Shown in pieces: positions 12,088-21,828 of a stretch of 64,000 nucleotides of DNA. The notes beneath the pieces were generated by a model. That model had not been told where the DNA came from, ran no database searches, and saw only the letters and a list, made by a program, of their open reading frames with translations. This DNA comes from Phycisphaerales bacterium (lineage in GTDB: Bacteria; Planctomycetota; Phycisphaerae; Phycisphaerales; SM1A02): NCBI GenBank assembly GCA_046350535.1, contig JAXMAG010000001.1:447488-511487 (forward strand). The letters run 5' to 3'. A program made the translations under genes and the position numbers. Each line of letters starts with the position of its first letter. Position 1 is the stretch's first letter.

Positions 12088-12175
12088 ACGGGGCCGTCGC
12101 GGACCAGGCGCGCGAACGCAACGAAAAAAGGCCGCGTCTCCCCGGAATCCCCGCGCCGGCCTCTAGCATCCGGCG

Positions 12176-12949
12176 GTGCGGTGGGAGTCCGTGCGACGCT
12201 GGATGGCGGAGGAGGCCGCGGCCTGGGAGATGCTGCTCATGGGCCGGGGGATCGCCCGCGAGGAGGCCGCTGCGCGGTTGGCCCACGTCTCCCCGGACCC
12301 GCTGGGGACATGGTGCCTCGCCTGCGGCGTCACGCATCCGGCGGGACTCGTGCGCACGGGTCGGTGCGATGCGTGCCGGCTTCGCGGGCCGCGGCCGAAG
12401 CCGTGGCCGCTCGTCCGGATCGGTCGCTATCACGGCCCTCTGCGGCGGCTGATCCTGGAGTGCAAGGGTGGGGCGGCGCCGGAGCTCGGCCTGGAGCTCG
12501 GCCGGCTGCTGGCCGCCCAGTGGCGTGCGGCCACGGGGGCGTGGCCCCGGCCGGGGTGGGTGGTGCAGCCCGTCCCCGGCCAGTGGCTCCGGAGGCTGGA
12601 GCGGGGCGGGGATCACACGGCGGCGCTGGCACGGGGGATGGCGGAGGCCCTTGGGGTGCCGCGGGCGCGTCTTCTCCGCCAGCCATGGGGGGCGCCGCAG
12701 GGGGGTTCCAGCGGAATCAGCCGGAGATCCGCCACCGCGGACAAGTTCCGGCCGGGCCGCGTCCCAGCCCATGGGCCCCCCGCGGGCGTCATCCTGGTGG
12801 ACGACGTCCGCACCACCGGATACACCCTCCGGCGGGCCGCAGAAGCTCTGGCGGGGGTTGGGGTTAGGTTTGTGGGGGCGGCGGTGGTGGCCGTCTCCCA
12901 CGACACGCCCGGGGCGGCGGGGGCCGCTTCCGGGAGGGGTCGGCGGTGA
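12176..12949 (+). CDS. comF: ComF-family phosphoribosyltransferase-domain protein
   Basis: Track ORF. N-terminal CxxC...CxxC zinc motif (CLACG...CDAC), YHGPLRRLILECK, GGDHTAALARGMAEALGVP, VILVDDVRTTGYTL (PRTase loop). Confidence 0.8.
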   Translation: MRWESVRRWMAEEAAAWEMLLMGRGIAREEAAARLAHVSPDPLGTWCLACGVTHPAGLVRTGRCDACRLRGPRPKPWPLVRIGRYHGPLRRLILECKGGAAPELGLELGRLLAAQWRAATGAWPRPGWVVQPVPGQWLRRLERGGDHTAALARGMAEALGVPRARLLRQPWGAPQGGSSGISRRSATADKFRPGRVPAHGPPAGVILVDDVRTTGYTLRRAAEALAGVGVRFVGAAVVAVSHDTPGAAGAASGRGRR

Positions 12950-13003
12950 AGGGACCGGGCCAAAAAGAGCGCTTCTTGTGCCGGATTGAGGGGAGCACAC
13001 CCC

Positions 13004-13031
13004 TTGACAGGGTGGGGGCCTTCGCTATCTT
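13004..13031 (+). promoter_or_regulatory. Candidate sigma-70-type promoter of the 16S rRNA gene
   Basis: TTGACA (13004-13009), 16-nt spacer, TATCTT (13026-13031); A-rich stretch (CCAAAAAGAG) upstream; lies between comF stop and 16S, about 460 nt before the mature 5' end. Confidence 0.5.
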
Positions 13032-13490
13032 TACCCGTCCGCCACTGAACACCAGCGGCGGCGTCGCCTCCGAGTTGTGTGGAGGGACGTTCCTCTCTGA
13101 CAAGTGAACAGTTGGGTACGCCGCGAGGATGTGGCGACCGGTTCGATGCTCACGGCATCGGCTCCGGTCGCGATCGAACCTGGTTGTCACAGCAACCGGG
13201 CTTCAACATCCTCCGTGATGCCAAATAGAACGGTCAGTTCCATTCCACCGCAGTTCGCTGCGGTGGGAGAACCCGTGCTTCGCATCGGTTCGCCGATGCG
13301 GGCAAGGGATGTTGGAGACACTCAATCCGGCAGGTCAGCCACCTGCCGGCGCCGCCCCGCCCGGGTTCGCCCGGGACGCACGGGACGGCGGGACCGGCCG
13401 GACGTACGGATCCGCAAGGAACCGTTCGGACCGGCTGCCAGGCAACCTTCATTCGAAGCAAAGCGGGCTTGCCCGCATAGCAACGAACTC

Positions 13491-14982
<1,492 letters not shown>

Positions 14983-15182
14983 GATTTACTTAGACGGAGT
15001 TCTGGAGAGATCCAGAACCCGAAAACGTGAACACACCCTCGCCCGCGTACCCCGCCTGGCCATCCATCCTGCCGGTCGACGCATGCCTTGTGCATGCCGG
15101 CCGTCTCGACGGGTCGCCGGGCGTCGCGGATCGCCGTGCGGCAACGCACGGCCAAGTGCACCCAACTGTTCCTTGACTTTCT

Positions 15183-15220
15183 GAAGCCGCCCCGGTCTTT
15201 GCCGGGGCGGCTTCGTTTTT
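15183..15220 (+). terminator. Rho-independent terminator downstream of the 16S rRNA
   Basis: Perfect 13-bp stem GAAGCCGCCCCGG / CCGGGGCGGCTTC, 6-nt loop TCTTTG, followed by GTTTTTGT. Confidence 0.85.
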
Positions 15221-15307
15221 GTCCCGCAGAGGCGCTGGCGTGACGTCGCGGAGCGCCGGGCCACGCCGCGGGGAGAGCGGCCAGCCTCCCACGGGTACAT
15301 TCCCGGC

Positions 15308-16708
15308 GTGATGAGCGGCCGTGACGCAGGTGGGCGGGCGGCGGGTTCGAGTGGTGCCGGGGGGACCGCAGCGCCGGGCCCGGCGGGAGCAGGCGGAGAT
15401 CGCCGCATCATGCTGGCGGTCGTCGTGGCCGCGCTCGGCTACTTCGTGGACCTCTACGACCTGGTGATCTACTCCGTGGTCCGGGTGCGGAGTCTGGGGG
15501 CTCCGGATGGACTTGGGCTGCCGCCCGCGGAGCCGGGGCGCGGGGCCACGTTCCTGGAGCAGCTCCAGGCCCTGCTGGGGATCCTCACCGGCCAGCAGCC
15601 CGGGGACGTGACGAGTGCGGGGCTCGTGATCCTCAACGCTCAGCTGGTCGGCATGGTGCTGGGCGGCATCGCGTGGGGCGTCCTGGGGGACCGCCGCGGC
15701 CGGCTCACCGTGCTCTTCGGCTCCATCCTGCTCTATTCCGTCGCCAACCTCGGCAACGCGTTCGTGCAGACCGTGCCGCAGTACGCATTCCTCCGCTTCG
15801 TGGCCGGCTTCGGGCTGGCCGGGGAGCTGGGGGCGGGCATCACGCTGGTCAGCGAACTGATGAGCCGCAGCGGCCGGGGGTGGGGCACCACCATCGTGGC
15901 GGGCGTGGGACTCCTGGGGCCCATCGCCGCGAGCATCGTGGGCCAGGCCGTGCACTGGCGGACCGCCTACATCATCGGCGGGATCATGGGTCTCTCGCTC
16001 CTCGTGATCCGCATCGGCGTGGTGGAGAGCGGGCTCTTCGAGGCGACCCGGACCACGAGCGTCCGGCGTGGCAGCCTCACCATGCTCCTCTGGCCGCCGT
16101 CGCGCCTGCGCCGCTACCTGTGCGTGGTGTTCACGGGCGTGCCGATCTGGTTCGTGGGCGGCATCGTCTTCGTCTTCGCGCCGGAGCTCGGCCGGGCCCT
16201 GGGCCTCCCGGCCGGGGAGCACGGACGACCGTCCGTGGTGGACCCTGCAGTGGTGATCCTCTGCGGCTACGCCGGCGCCGCCACCGGCGACATCGTCAGC
16301 GGCGTGATCAGCCAGCTGCTGCGGAGCCGGAAGTGGACCATCGGGGCGTTCCTGACGCTCCTGGGCATCAGCGGCGCCGTCTTCTTCAAGGCCGGCGGCA
16401 ACTCACTCGTCGGGTTCTACGCCCTCGTGTACGTGATGGGACTGGCCACGGGCTACTGGGCCATCTTCGTCACCGTGGCCAGCGAGGTCTTCGGCACCAA
16501 CCTGCGCGCCACCGCCACCACCACGGCGCCCAACTTCGTGCGCGGCTTTGCCGTGGTGATCACCACGGCGTGGGAGCTCCTCAAGGGTCCCGTCGGCTCC
16601 GTCCCTGCGGCTGCCCTGGTCGGTGCGGTGACGCTCGCGCTCGGATTCGCGGCGCTGGCGGGGTTGCCGGAGCCGTTCGGACGCTGCCTGGATTTCCAGG
16701 AGGAGTAG
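15308..16708 (+). CDS. MFS transporter
   Basis: Track ORF, 466 aa, about 12 predicted TM helices; LGYFVDLYDLVIYS, GVLGDRRGRLTVL (MFS loop 2-3 motif-like), FVAGFGLAGELGAG. Confidence 0.8.
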   Translation: MMSGRDAGGRAAGSSGAGGTAAPGPAGAGGDRRIMLAVVVAALGYFVDLYDLVIYSVVRVRSLGAPDGLGLPPAEPGRGATFLEQLQALLGILTGQQPGDVTSAGLVILNAQLVGMVLGGIAWGVLGDRRGRLTVLFGSILLYSVANLGNAFVQTVPQYAFLRFVAGFGLAGELGAGITLVSELMSRSGRGWGTTIVAGVGLLGPIAASIVGQAVHWRTAYIIGGIMGLSLLVIRIGVVESGLFEATRTTSVRRGSLTMLLWPPSRLRRYLCVVFTGVPIWFVGGIVFVFAPELGRALGLPAGEHGRPSVVDPAVVILCGYAGAATGDIVSGVISQLLRSRKWTIGAFLTLLGISGAVFFKAGGNSLVGFYALVYVMGLATGYWAIFVTVASEVFGTNLRATATTTAPNFVRGFAVVITTAWELLKGPVGSVPAAALVGAVTLALGFAALAGLPEPFGRCLDFQEE

Positions 16709-17050
16709 CGGCGGCGGCGGCCAAGGTCCGCGATCCTCCGTTCCGGGCCCGCGAACCCCGGCCAGGGTCCCTTGTTCTCACGCCATCGTGAGCCATAACG
16801 CCGAGGAAGCGCACATCGCCGCGGGAAACGCCACTCCACGTCTTGACCCTCTCCGGGGCGCGGCTAGGTTCCGCCCGGAGGAGGAGAGATCCGCGGCTCG
16901 CCGCGGAACGGAAGAGGGACGCACCAACGCGCCACGCAGGTTCGAGGGCTTCGGGCTGATCCCCTGGAGCGCACGAACGCCGCCTGGACGGCCGGACAAT
17001 GCCGCGATCGTTCGGGTGGTTTGAACGCCTTCGCGAGCCCTTTTCATGTC

Positions 17051-17094
17051 GAGGGCGGGTCCCCGCACAGCCGGGGGCCCGCCTCGTCTTTTTT
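17051..17094 (+). terminator. Intrinsic terminator / attenuator hairpin 20 nt upstream of the K+ channel start codon
   Basis: GAGG(G)CGGGTCCCCG / CGGGGGCCCGCCTC: 14 bp incl. one G-U and one bulged G, 6-nt loop, followed by GTCTTTTTTG. Confidence 0.7.
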
Positions 17095-17113
17095 GTCTCC
17101 ATACACTGGGCCC

Positions 17114-17857
17114 ATGCCGCCAGAGCCGCACGCGGGCGAGGACGCCGTCCCTCATCCGGGCAACCACCGGAGCGAGCACCGGCCGGAGCACCGGCCGGAG
17201 CACCGGCCGCACGCCCTCAGCCGCATCCGCCACCGCACGCTGCCGATCATGCTGGCGCTCCTGGGCCTCCTGGCCACCTACCCGCTGCTCGATACGCCAG
17301 GGAAGCCGACGCCGCTGGCCGCCACCGCGCTCTTCGCGGCCGTGCCGCTCTTCGGCGTCTGCATGCTCTCGCACCGACTCTGGATCGTGGTGAGCATGAT
17401 CCTCGCGTTCGCGGCCACGGCCAGCCTGATCTTCCTCTCCGGCGGAGACACGGAGCATGCGCTGGGCAGCTGGGGCGGCGTGCTGGTGCTCGTCTTCTAC
17501 GCGGTGGCCACGGCGGCCATCGCGCGGGCGGTGTTCGCGAGCGGCGGCGTGCTGGATGACCGCGTCTACGGCGGCGTGGCCGTCTACATCATGCTCGGCA
17601 TCATCTTCGCCGTGATCTTCCACCGGACGGGGGTGCGGGATCCGGGCGCCTTCACGCGAACGCTGGCGGAGCGCGCCGGGCAGCCCCTCAACTGGGCGGA
17701 CTACCTCTATCTGAGCTTCGTGACGCTCACCACCATGGGCTATGGCGACATCGTCCCGTCGAGCAGCAGCACGCGCAGCCTGGCCATCCTCGAAGGACTC
17801 GTGGGGATCCTCTTCCCGCCCGTCCTCATCGCGCGGCTGGTGAAGAAGGGGACCTGA
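17114..17857 (+). CDS. Two-TM potassium channel family protein
   Basis: Frame of track ORF 17021..17857, ATG 17114. Selectivity filter TLTTMGYGD flanked by TM helices; upstream additional TM helices; N-terminal His/Arg/Pro/Glu repeat tail. Confidence 0.8.
   Translation: MPPEPHAGEDAVPHPGNHRSEHRPEHRPEHRPHALSRIRHRTLPIMLALLGLLATYPLLDTPGKPTPLAATALFAAVPLFGVCMLSHRLWIVVSMILAFAATASLIFLSGGDTEHALGSWGGVLVLVFYAVATAAIARAVFASGGVLDDRVYGGVAVYIMLGIIFAVIFHRTGVRDPGAFTRTLAERAGQPLNWADYLYLSFVTLTTMGYGDIVPSSSSTRSLAILEGLVGILFPPVLIARLVKKGT
17174..17209 (+). repeat. Perfect 12-nt tandem repeat x3 (GAGCACCGGCCG) inside the channel gene, encoding (EHRP)x3
   Basis: Read directly: gagcaccggccg gagcaccggccg gagcaccggccg; in frame with CDS 17114..17857. 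Confidence 0.9.
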
Positions 17858-17885
17858 GCGGCGCCGGGCGCCGCGCGTCGCGCGA

Positions 17886-18476
17886 TCAGTCGTCGAAGCC
17901 GGCGATGTAGCCCTCGCCGCCATAGACGTACGGGTTCCACGCGCCCACTCCGCCCTGCGTGCCGCTCCAGTACTGCTCGCCAACACCGGTGTAGGTGTGG
18001 GAGCCGACGAACGCGTTGCCGTCGTTGGGATCTCCGGAGCCGAGCGGCTCCGGATTGCCGGGACCCGTGCCAAGCGAGTACATGGAGGCGGGATCGCGCG
18101 CGTTGGGGGCGTTGGCTGGGTTCATGAGCGTGGTCCCCGCGTATCCCGTGCCGCCGTAGTAATGGAAGTGGTAGTGGACCCCGCCCGTCGCGGCCTGCTG
18201 GAGCGTGGTGGCGTCCACCATGCCCGCCTGGGAGGCGTAGCCCGAACCCTGCTGGCTGGACGGCTGCGGCTTGGGGGGCCCGCGCAGCTCCTTGTCACTG
18301 TCTCCGTTGGAGCTGCCGGCGCCCTTCGGTGGGCCCTTGAACGAGGTGTCGGAGTCCGGCACACCCTGGAGAGGGTGCGATGCGCCGACCGCGACCGCCG
18401 CGGCCACGAGGGCCAGGCCCGCGGCAGCGCCGAGCGCGCGAACGAGGGAACTGCGGGGGGTGATGGTGGGCTCCAT
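17886..18476 (-). CDS. Secreted/anchored Gly-, Tyr-rich hypothetical protein
   Basis: Frame of track ORF 17886..18596; ATG 18476 preceded by GGAGGAG. MEPTITPRSSLVRALGAAAGLALVAAAVAVGA signal/anchor; C-terminal HYHFHYYGGTGYAG...NPYVYGGEGYIAGFDD; no family recognised. Confidence 0.6.
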   Translation of the reverse strand: MEPTITPRSSLVRALGAAAGLALVAAAVAVGASHPLQGVPDSDTSFKGPPKGAGSSNGDSDKELRGPPKPQPSSQQGSGYASQAGMVDATTLQQAATGGVHYHFHYYGGTGYAGTTLMNPANAPNARDPASMYSLGTGPGNPEPLGSGDPNDGNAFVGSHTYTGVGEQYWSGTQGGVGAWNPYVYGGEGYIAGFDD

Positions 18477-18580
18477 GGAAGACTCCTCCTGGTGGCGGTG
18501 CCTGATGGCGGTCGCCGGTGCGATCCGACGCCGCAGGTAGGATACCCCGCCTCCGGCCCGCACCGCGACTCCCACCCACC

Positions 18581-19096
18581 ATGAGCTCAGCACCAAGCGC
18601 CCCGCTCCGGATCGTGATCGGCAGTGACCACGCCGGATTCGACCTCAAGGAGGTGCTGGTGCCGTTCGTGCGGGAGCTGGGGCACGCCGTGACGGACGTC
18701 GGGACGCGTGACCGGAGCCCTGTGGACTACCCGGATTTCGCCGTGGCGGTGGCCCGGGAGATCCTCGAGGGCCGCGCGGACCGCGGGATCCTCCTCTGCG
18801 GCTCCGGCGTGGGTGCCAGCGTGGCCGCCAACAAGATCCCCGGCATCCGGGCCGGCAACTGCGAGGACTACTACTCCTCCCACCAGGGGGTTGAGCATGA
18901 TGACATGAACGTCCTGGTCCTGGGGGGCCGGATCGTCGGCAGCGCCCTGGCCCAGGACATGGTGCGGGCGTACCTTGGCGCCCGCTTCACGCGGGAGGAT
19001 CGGCATCTCCGCCGGCTGGCCAAGGTGGCCGCGATCGAGGCGGACCCCGCCCGCTTCAAGCCCGCCCGACCCGCCGCCCGCGCCGCGGGTGGCTAG
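18581..19096 (+). CDS. rpiB: Ribose-5-phosphate isomerase B (RpiB/LacAB family)
   Basis: Frame of track ORF 18518..19096, ATG 18581. [58 protein letters not shown]. Confidence 0.9.
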   Translation: MSSAPSAPLRIVIGSDHAGFDLKEVLVPFVRELGHAVTDVGTRDRSPVDYPDFAVAVAREILEGRADRGILLCGSGVGASVAANKIPGIRAGNCEDYYSSHQGVEHDDMNVLVLGGRIVGSALAQDMVRAYLGARFTREDRHLRRLAKVAAIEADPARFKPARPAARAAGG

Positions 19097-19148
19097 AGTC
19101 ATCGCCCGCGGGACGCCCCGCATTCCGCATCTCCCGAGTCTCCTTCCC

Positions 19149-20081
19149 ATGAGCATTCGCATGCGTCTCACCTGCTCCCCGGGCCGCGCCTTCTGCGCGG
19201 CGTCGCTGCTCGCAATCGCCCTTGCCGGGACCTCCACCGGGCAGGGCGCCGGCACGCAGGGCGTGGATTACGAAACCGTGCCGCCGGAGCCCTCGGCGCT
19301 GGAGCAGCAGCTGGCGGCCGCCGCCGTGTCCATGCCCAAGGCGATGAGCGCCGCGGAGAACGCGGCCGGCGGCGTGGCCATCTCCGCCCGCGCCGTCACC
19401 GGCGCGGACGGGAGCGTGACCTACGAGTTCCTCTGCACCGCCGGCGGCGTGATGAAGCGAGTGGAGGTGGATGGCGCCACTGGCAAGGTGACGGCCGCCA
19501 CCCTCACCCTCAACAGCGCCGTGCAGAAGGCCCTGGAGAAGGTCCCCGGGGTGGTGCGCTCCGCCGACGGCAACATGCTGGCGGATCCGCCGATCTACAA
19601 GGTGGTGATCCTCACCGATCACCGCACCCACGAGGTCTCCGTGGACGCCACCAGCGGCGCCATCGTGGCGGATGACGTGAAGGGCCGGTTCCCCGGAGTG
19701 TTGACCGAGGCCGAGATCAAGGAGACCCCCAGCGGCCTCCGCTACATCGACGTGGTGGAAGGCACGGGCGAGGCACCCGCCGGCGCGAGCGCCGTGGTCA
19801 AGGTGCACTACACCGGGTACCTCGTGGATGGAAACAAGTTCGACAGCTCCGTGGATCGCGGGCAGCCGGCGGAGTTCCCCCTGAGCGGCGTCATCCCGGG
19901 CTGGACCGAGGGCGTGGGCAGCATGAAGGTGGGCGGGAAGCGCAAGCTGATCGTGCCCTACAAGCTGGCCTACGGCGAGCGCGGCCGCGGCCCCATCCCG
20001 CCCAAGGCCACCCTGATCTTCGACGTGGAGCTGCTGGAGACCAAGGCGGGTGCGCCCCCCACGCCAGGCGGAGCCCGCTGA
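19149..20081 (+). CDS. Secreted FKBP-type peptidyl-prolyl cis-trans isomerase with N-terminal PepSY-like region
   Basis: Frame of track ORF 18975..20081, ATG 19149. Signal peptide MSIRMRLTCSPGRAFCAASLLAIALAG; C-term GLRYIDVVEGTGEAP...VKVHYTGYLVDGNKFDSS...FPLSGVIPGWTEGVGSMKVGGKRKLIVP..AYG...IPPKATLIFDVELL. Confidence 0.88.
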   Translation: MSIRMRLTCSPGRAFCAASLLAIALAGTSTGQGAGTQGVDYETVPPEPSALEQQLAAAAVSMPKAMSAAENAAGGVAISARAVTGADGSVTYEFLCTAGGVMKRVEVDGATGKVTAATLTLNSAVQKALEKVPGVVRSADGNMLADPPIYKVVILTDHRTHEVSVDATSGAIVADDVKGRFPGVLTEAEIKETPSGLRYIDVVEGTGEAPAGASAVVKVHYTGYLVDGNKFDSSVDRGQPAEFPLSGVIPGWTEGVGSMKVGGKRKLIVPYKLAYGERGRGPIPPKATLIFDVELLETKAGAPPTPGGAR

Positions 20082-20124
20082 GACGCAGGCGGAACCGGGC
20101 CCACCGCGCGGTAGGCTGCCGGTC

Positions 20125-20442
20125 ATGATCAACAACTCCGGTAGGGCCCGGACCGGGACCGGGCGGTCCGCTGGGCACGCGCTGACCGCCGCAGCCGCGA
20201 TCGCGGCGGGATGCGCGCTCGCCTCTGGATGCGAGGAGAAGCCGCCTCCACCCAGGGCGCTTCAGCCGGTGCAGGGGGCGGCCGGCGTTCCCGGAGGCAA
20301 GGGCTCGAACCGCGACGCGGGCCAGGGCCGCACCGGCCGTTCGAGTGCCCTCGGCAAGGCGCTGGACCAGGCCGAGGGGCTCCAGGGCCAGGTGGACGAA
20401 TACAACAAGCGCATCGAGGACGAGCTGCCGAAGAAGCCGTGA
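20125..20442 (+). CDS. Small lipoprotein, hypothetical
   Basis: Frame of track ORF 20050..20442, ATG 20125. Lipobox AGCALASGC; low-complexity Gly/Pro-rich then charged C-terminal helix. Confidence 0.55.
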   Translation: MINNSGRARTGTGRSAGHALTAAAAIAAGCALASGCEEKPPPPRALQPVQGAAGVPGGKGSNRDAGQGRTGRSSALGKALDQAEGLQGQVDEYNKRIEDELPKKP

Positions 20443-20530
20443 CGCCGCGTTTCCGCGGGGACGGCGCCGCCGCGGCGGCCATCGGTGGACACCAAGGCGC
20501 AGGCGAGGCCTGCCGGACACGGAGGTGGAC

Positions 20531-21148
20531 ATGCGGCGGTCACTGAGGATCACTTCGCCGTGCCCCATGGACTGGAACGCCATGCGGAGCGCGGAGGGCG
20601 GGCGCTTCTGCGAGCACTGCCGCAAGACCGTCCTGGATCTCTCGGACTGCACGGAGGCGCAGGCGCTCGAACGAGTGGGCTCCGGGCCCGCGTGCGTGCG
20701 GATGCGCGTGGACGCCGCGGGCCGGCCGCTCTTCGTCGGCCTCACCGTGGCCGGAGTACTCGCGCTCGCCGGGTGCGGCGGCTCCGATCCCGGCACCGAC
20801 GGCGGCCCTGGTGCTGGAGACGGGACGACGCCCTTGGCCGGCGTGGCGGGCTCCGGCGGCGTCCCTGTGCCGGCTCCGGTCATGATGCTCGGAGCGATCG
20901 CGCCGCTCCAGATCGAGGCCCGGGATGCGGTCCAGTGCGCCCTGGAGCACATGAAGAAGGTGGTGCCCTGGGCGGATACCGCCAGCTACAAGGCCGCTCG
21001 ATGCAAGGAGGGGTGGCGCGTGGTGGTGCGGCGCGTCACGGGGTACCCCGGCGGTTCGCCCAGCCTGGCGGATGAGGACCCGTGGCGAGTGATGGTGGAC
21101 ACGGATGGCATGGTGATCTCCGCCACCGTCCTGGCCCGGAAGGAGTGA
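20531..21148 (+). CDS. Hypothetical protein with N-terminal Cys-rich zinc-binding motif and a lipobox-like TM segment
   Basis: Frame of track ORF 20345..21148, ATG 20531 after GGAGGTGG. CPMDWNAM...GGRFCEHCRKTVLDLS motif, then LTVAGVLALAGC. Confidence 0.6.
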   Translation: MRRSLRITSPCPMDWNAMRSAEGGRFCEHCRKTVLDLSDCTEAQALERVGSGPACVRMRVDAAGRPLFVGLTVAGVLALAGCGGSDPGTDGGPGAGDGTTPLAGVAGSGGVPVPAPVMMLGAIAPLQIEARDAVQCALEHMKKVVPWADTASYKAARCKEGWRVVVRRVTGYPGGSPSLADEDPWRVMVDTDGMVISATVLARKE

Positions 21149-21828
21149 CCGCGTCCGTGGCGCCGCGCACGCAGGTCCGGACCACGCGTCGACTGGTGCG
21201 CGCCATGTTCTGCGGCGCGGCCGCCCTCCCGCTGGTGGTGGGCGTGGCGTGGTGGTGTGCGGCCCGATCGCCTCTCGACGCCGACACGCTGATCCAGATG
21301 GGCGCGCAACCATGGCCGGTGGACGTGCCGGCCGCCTGGGGCACCTGCAATGCCGTGGCGACGAGGGAGGGCCGTGGCGTGACGGAGATCACGGCGGAGA
21401 CCCGCCTCTCCACCGGATTCAGCGGCGCGGTGGGCGCGGGGGCGCCGCCCTGGCGCCGGGTGATGGTGGTGGGGGCCGGCTGGCCGCTCCCGGCGCTCGC
21501 CACCTGGATGGAGTGGGGGGACGACGTCGAGATGCGTTGGCGCTGGGGAGTGGCCACGCCCGACTGGCTGCTGCCGGACGAGCGCGCCCGCGTCCCCGGG
21601 GACCCGCAGCTCCATCTTCCGCTCCGACCGATGGCGGCGGGCCTTCTGCTGGACTGGGTGGCGACGGCCGTGGGGCTCTGGCTCTCCGCGAGCGGCGTCT
21701 CCGTGCTGACCGACTGGTGGCGAACGCGGCGCGGCCGCTGCCGCGACTGCGGTCACCCGCTTGCCGGAGCCGCCCGCTGCCCGGAGTGCGGCGCGGTCGT
21801 CACGCGGAGAGCAGCGCCTTCGGGTTGA
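21145..21828 (+). CDS. Membrane protein with C-terminal zinc ribbon (CxxC...CPEC)
   Basis: Frame of track ORF 21082..21828; GTG 21145 overlaps upstream stop (GTGA). TM helices near both ends; tail RRGRCRDCGHPLAGAARCPECGAVV. Confidence 0.55.
   Translation: MTASVAPRTQVRTTRRLVRAMFCGAAALPLVVGVAWWCAARSPLDADTLIQMGAQPWPVDVPAAWGTCNAVATREGRGVTEITAETRLSTGFSGAVGAGAPPWRRVMVVGAGWPLPALATWMEWGDDVEMRWRWGVATPDWLLPDERARVPGDPQLHLPLRPMAAGLLLDWVATAVGLWLSASGVSVLTDWWRTRRGRCRDCGHPLAGAARCPECGAVVTRRAAPSG

Noticed and set aside
12088-12175. A-tract followed by an imperfect GC hairpin after acnA, as a possible terminator.
   Set aside because: The stem needs a bulge and a 16-nt loop, the U-run would be on the wrong strand for acnA, and no minus-strand gene reads into it.
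16709-17113. Specific assignment of the K+ channel leader to the c-di-AMP (ydaO/yuaA) riboswitch class.
   Set aside because: I could not find the conserved ACGGGGA / GGGGUGAAUC / CCGA-CCCG-AGCUAACC blocks by eye. It is kept only as an unclassified candidate leader.
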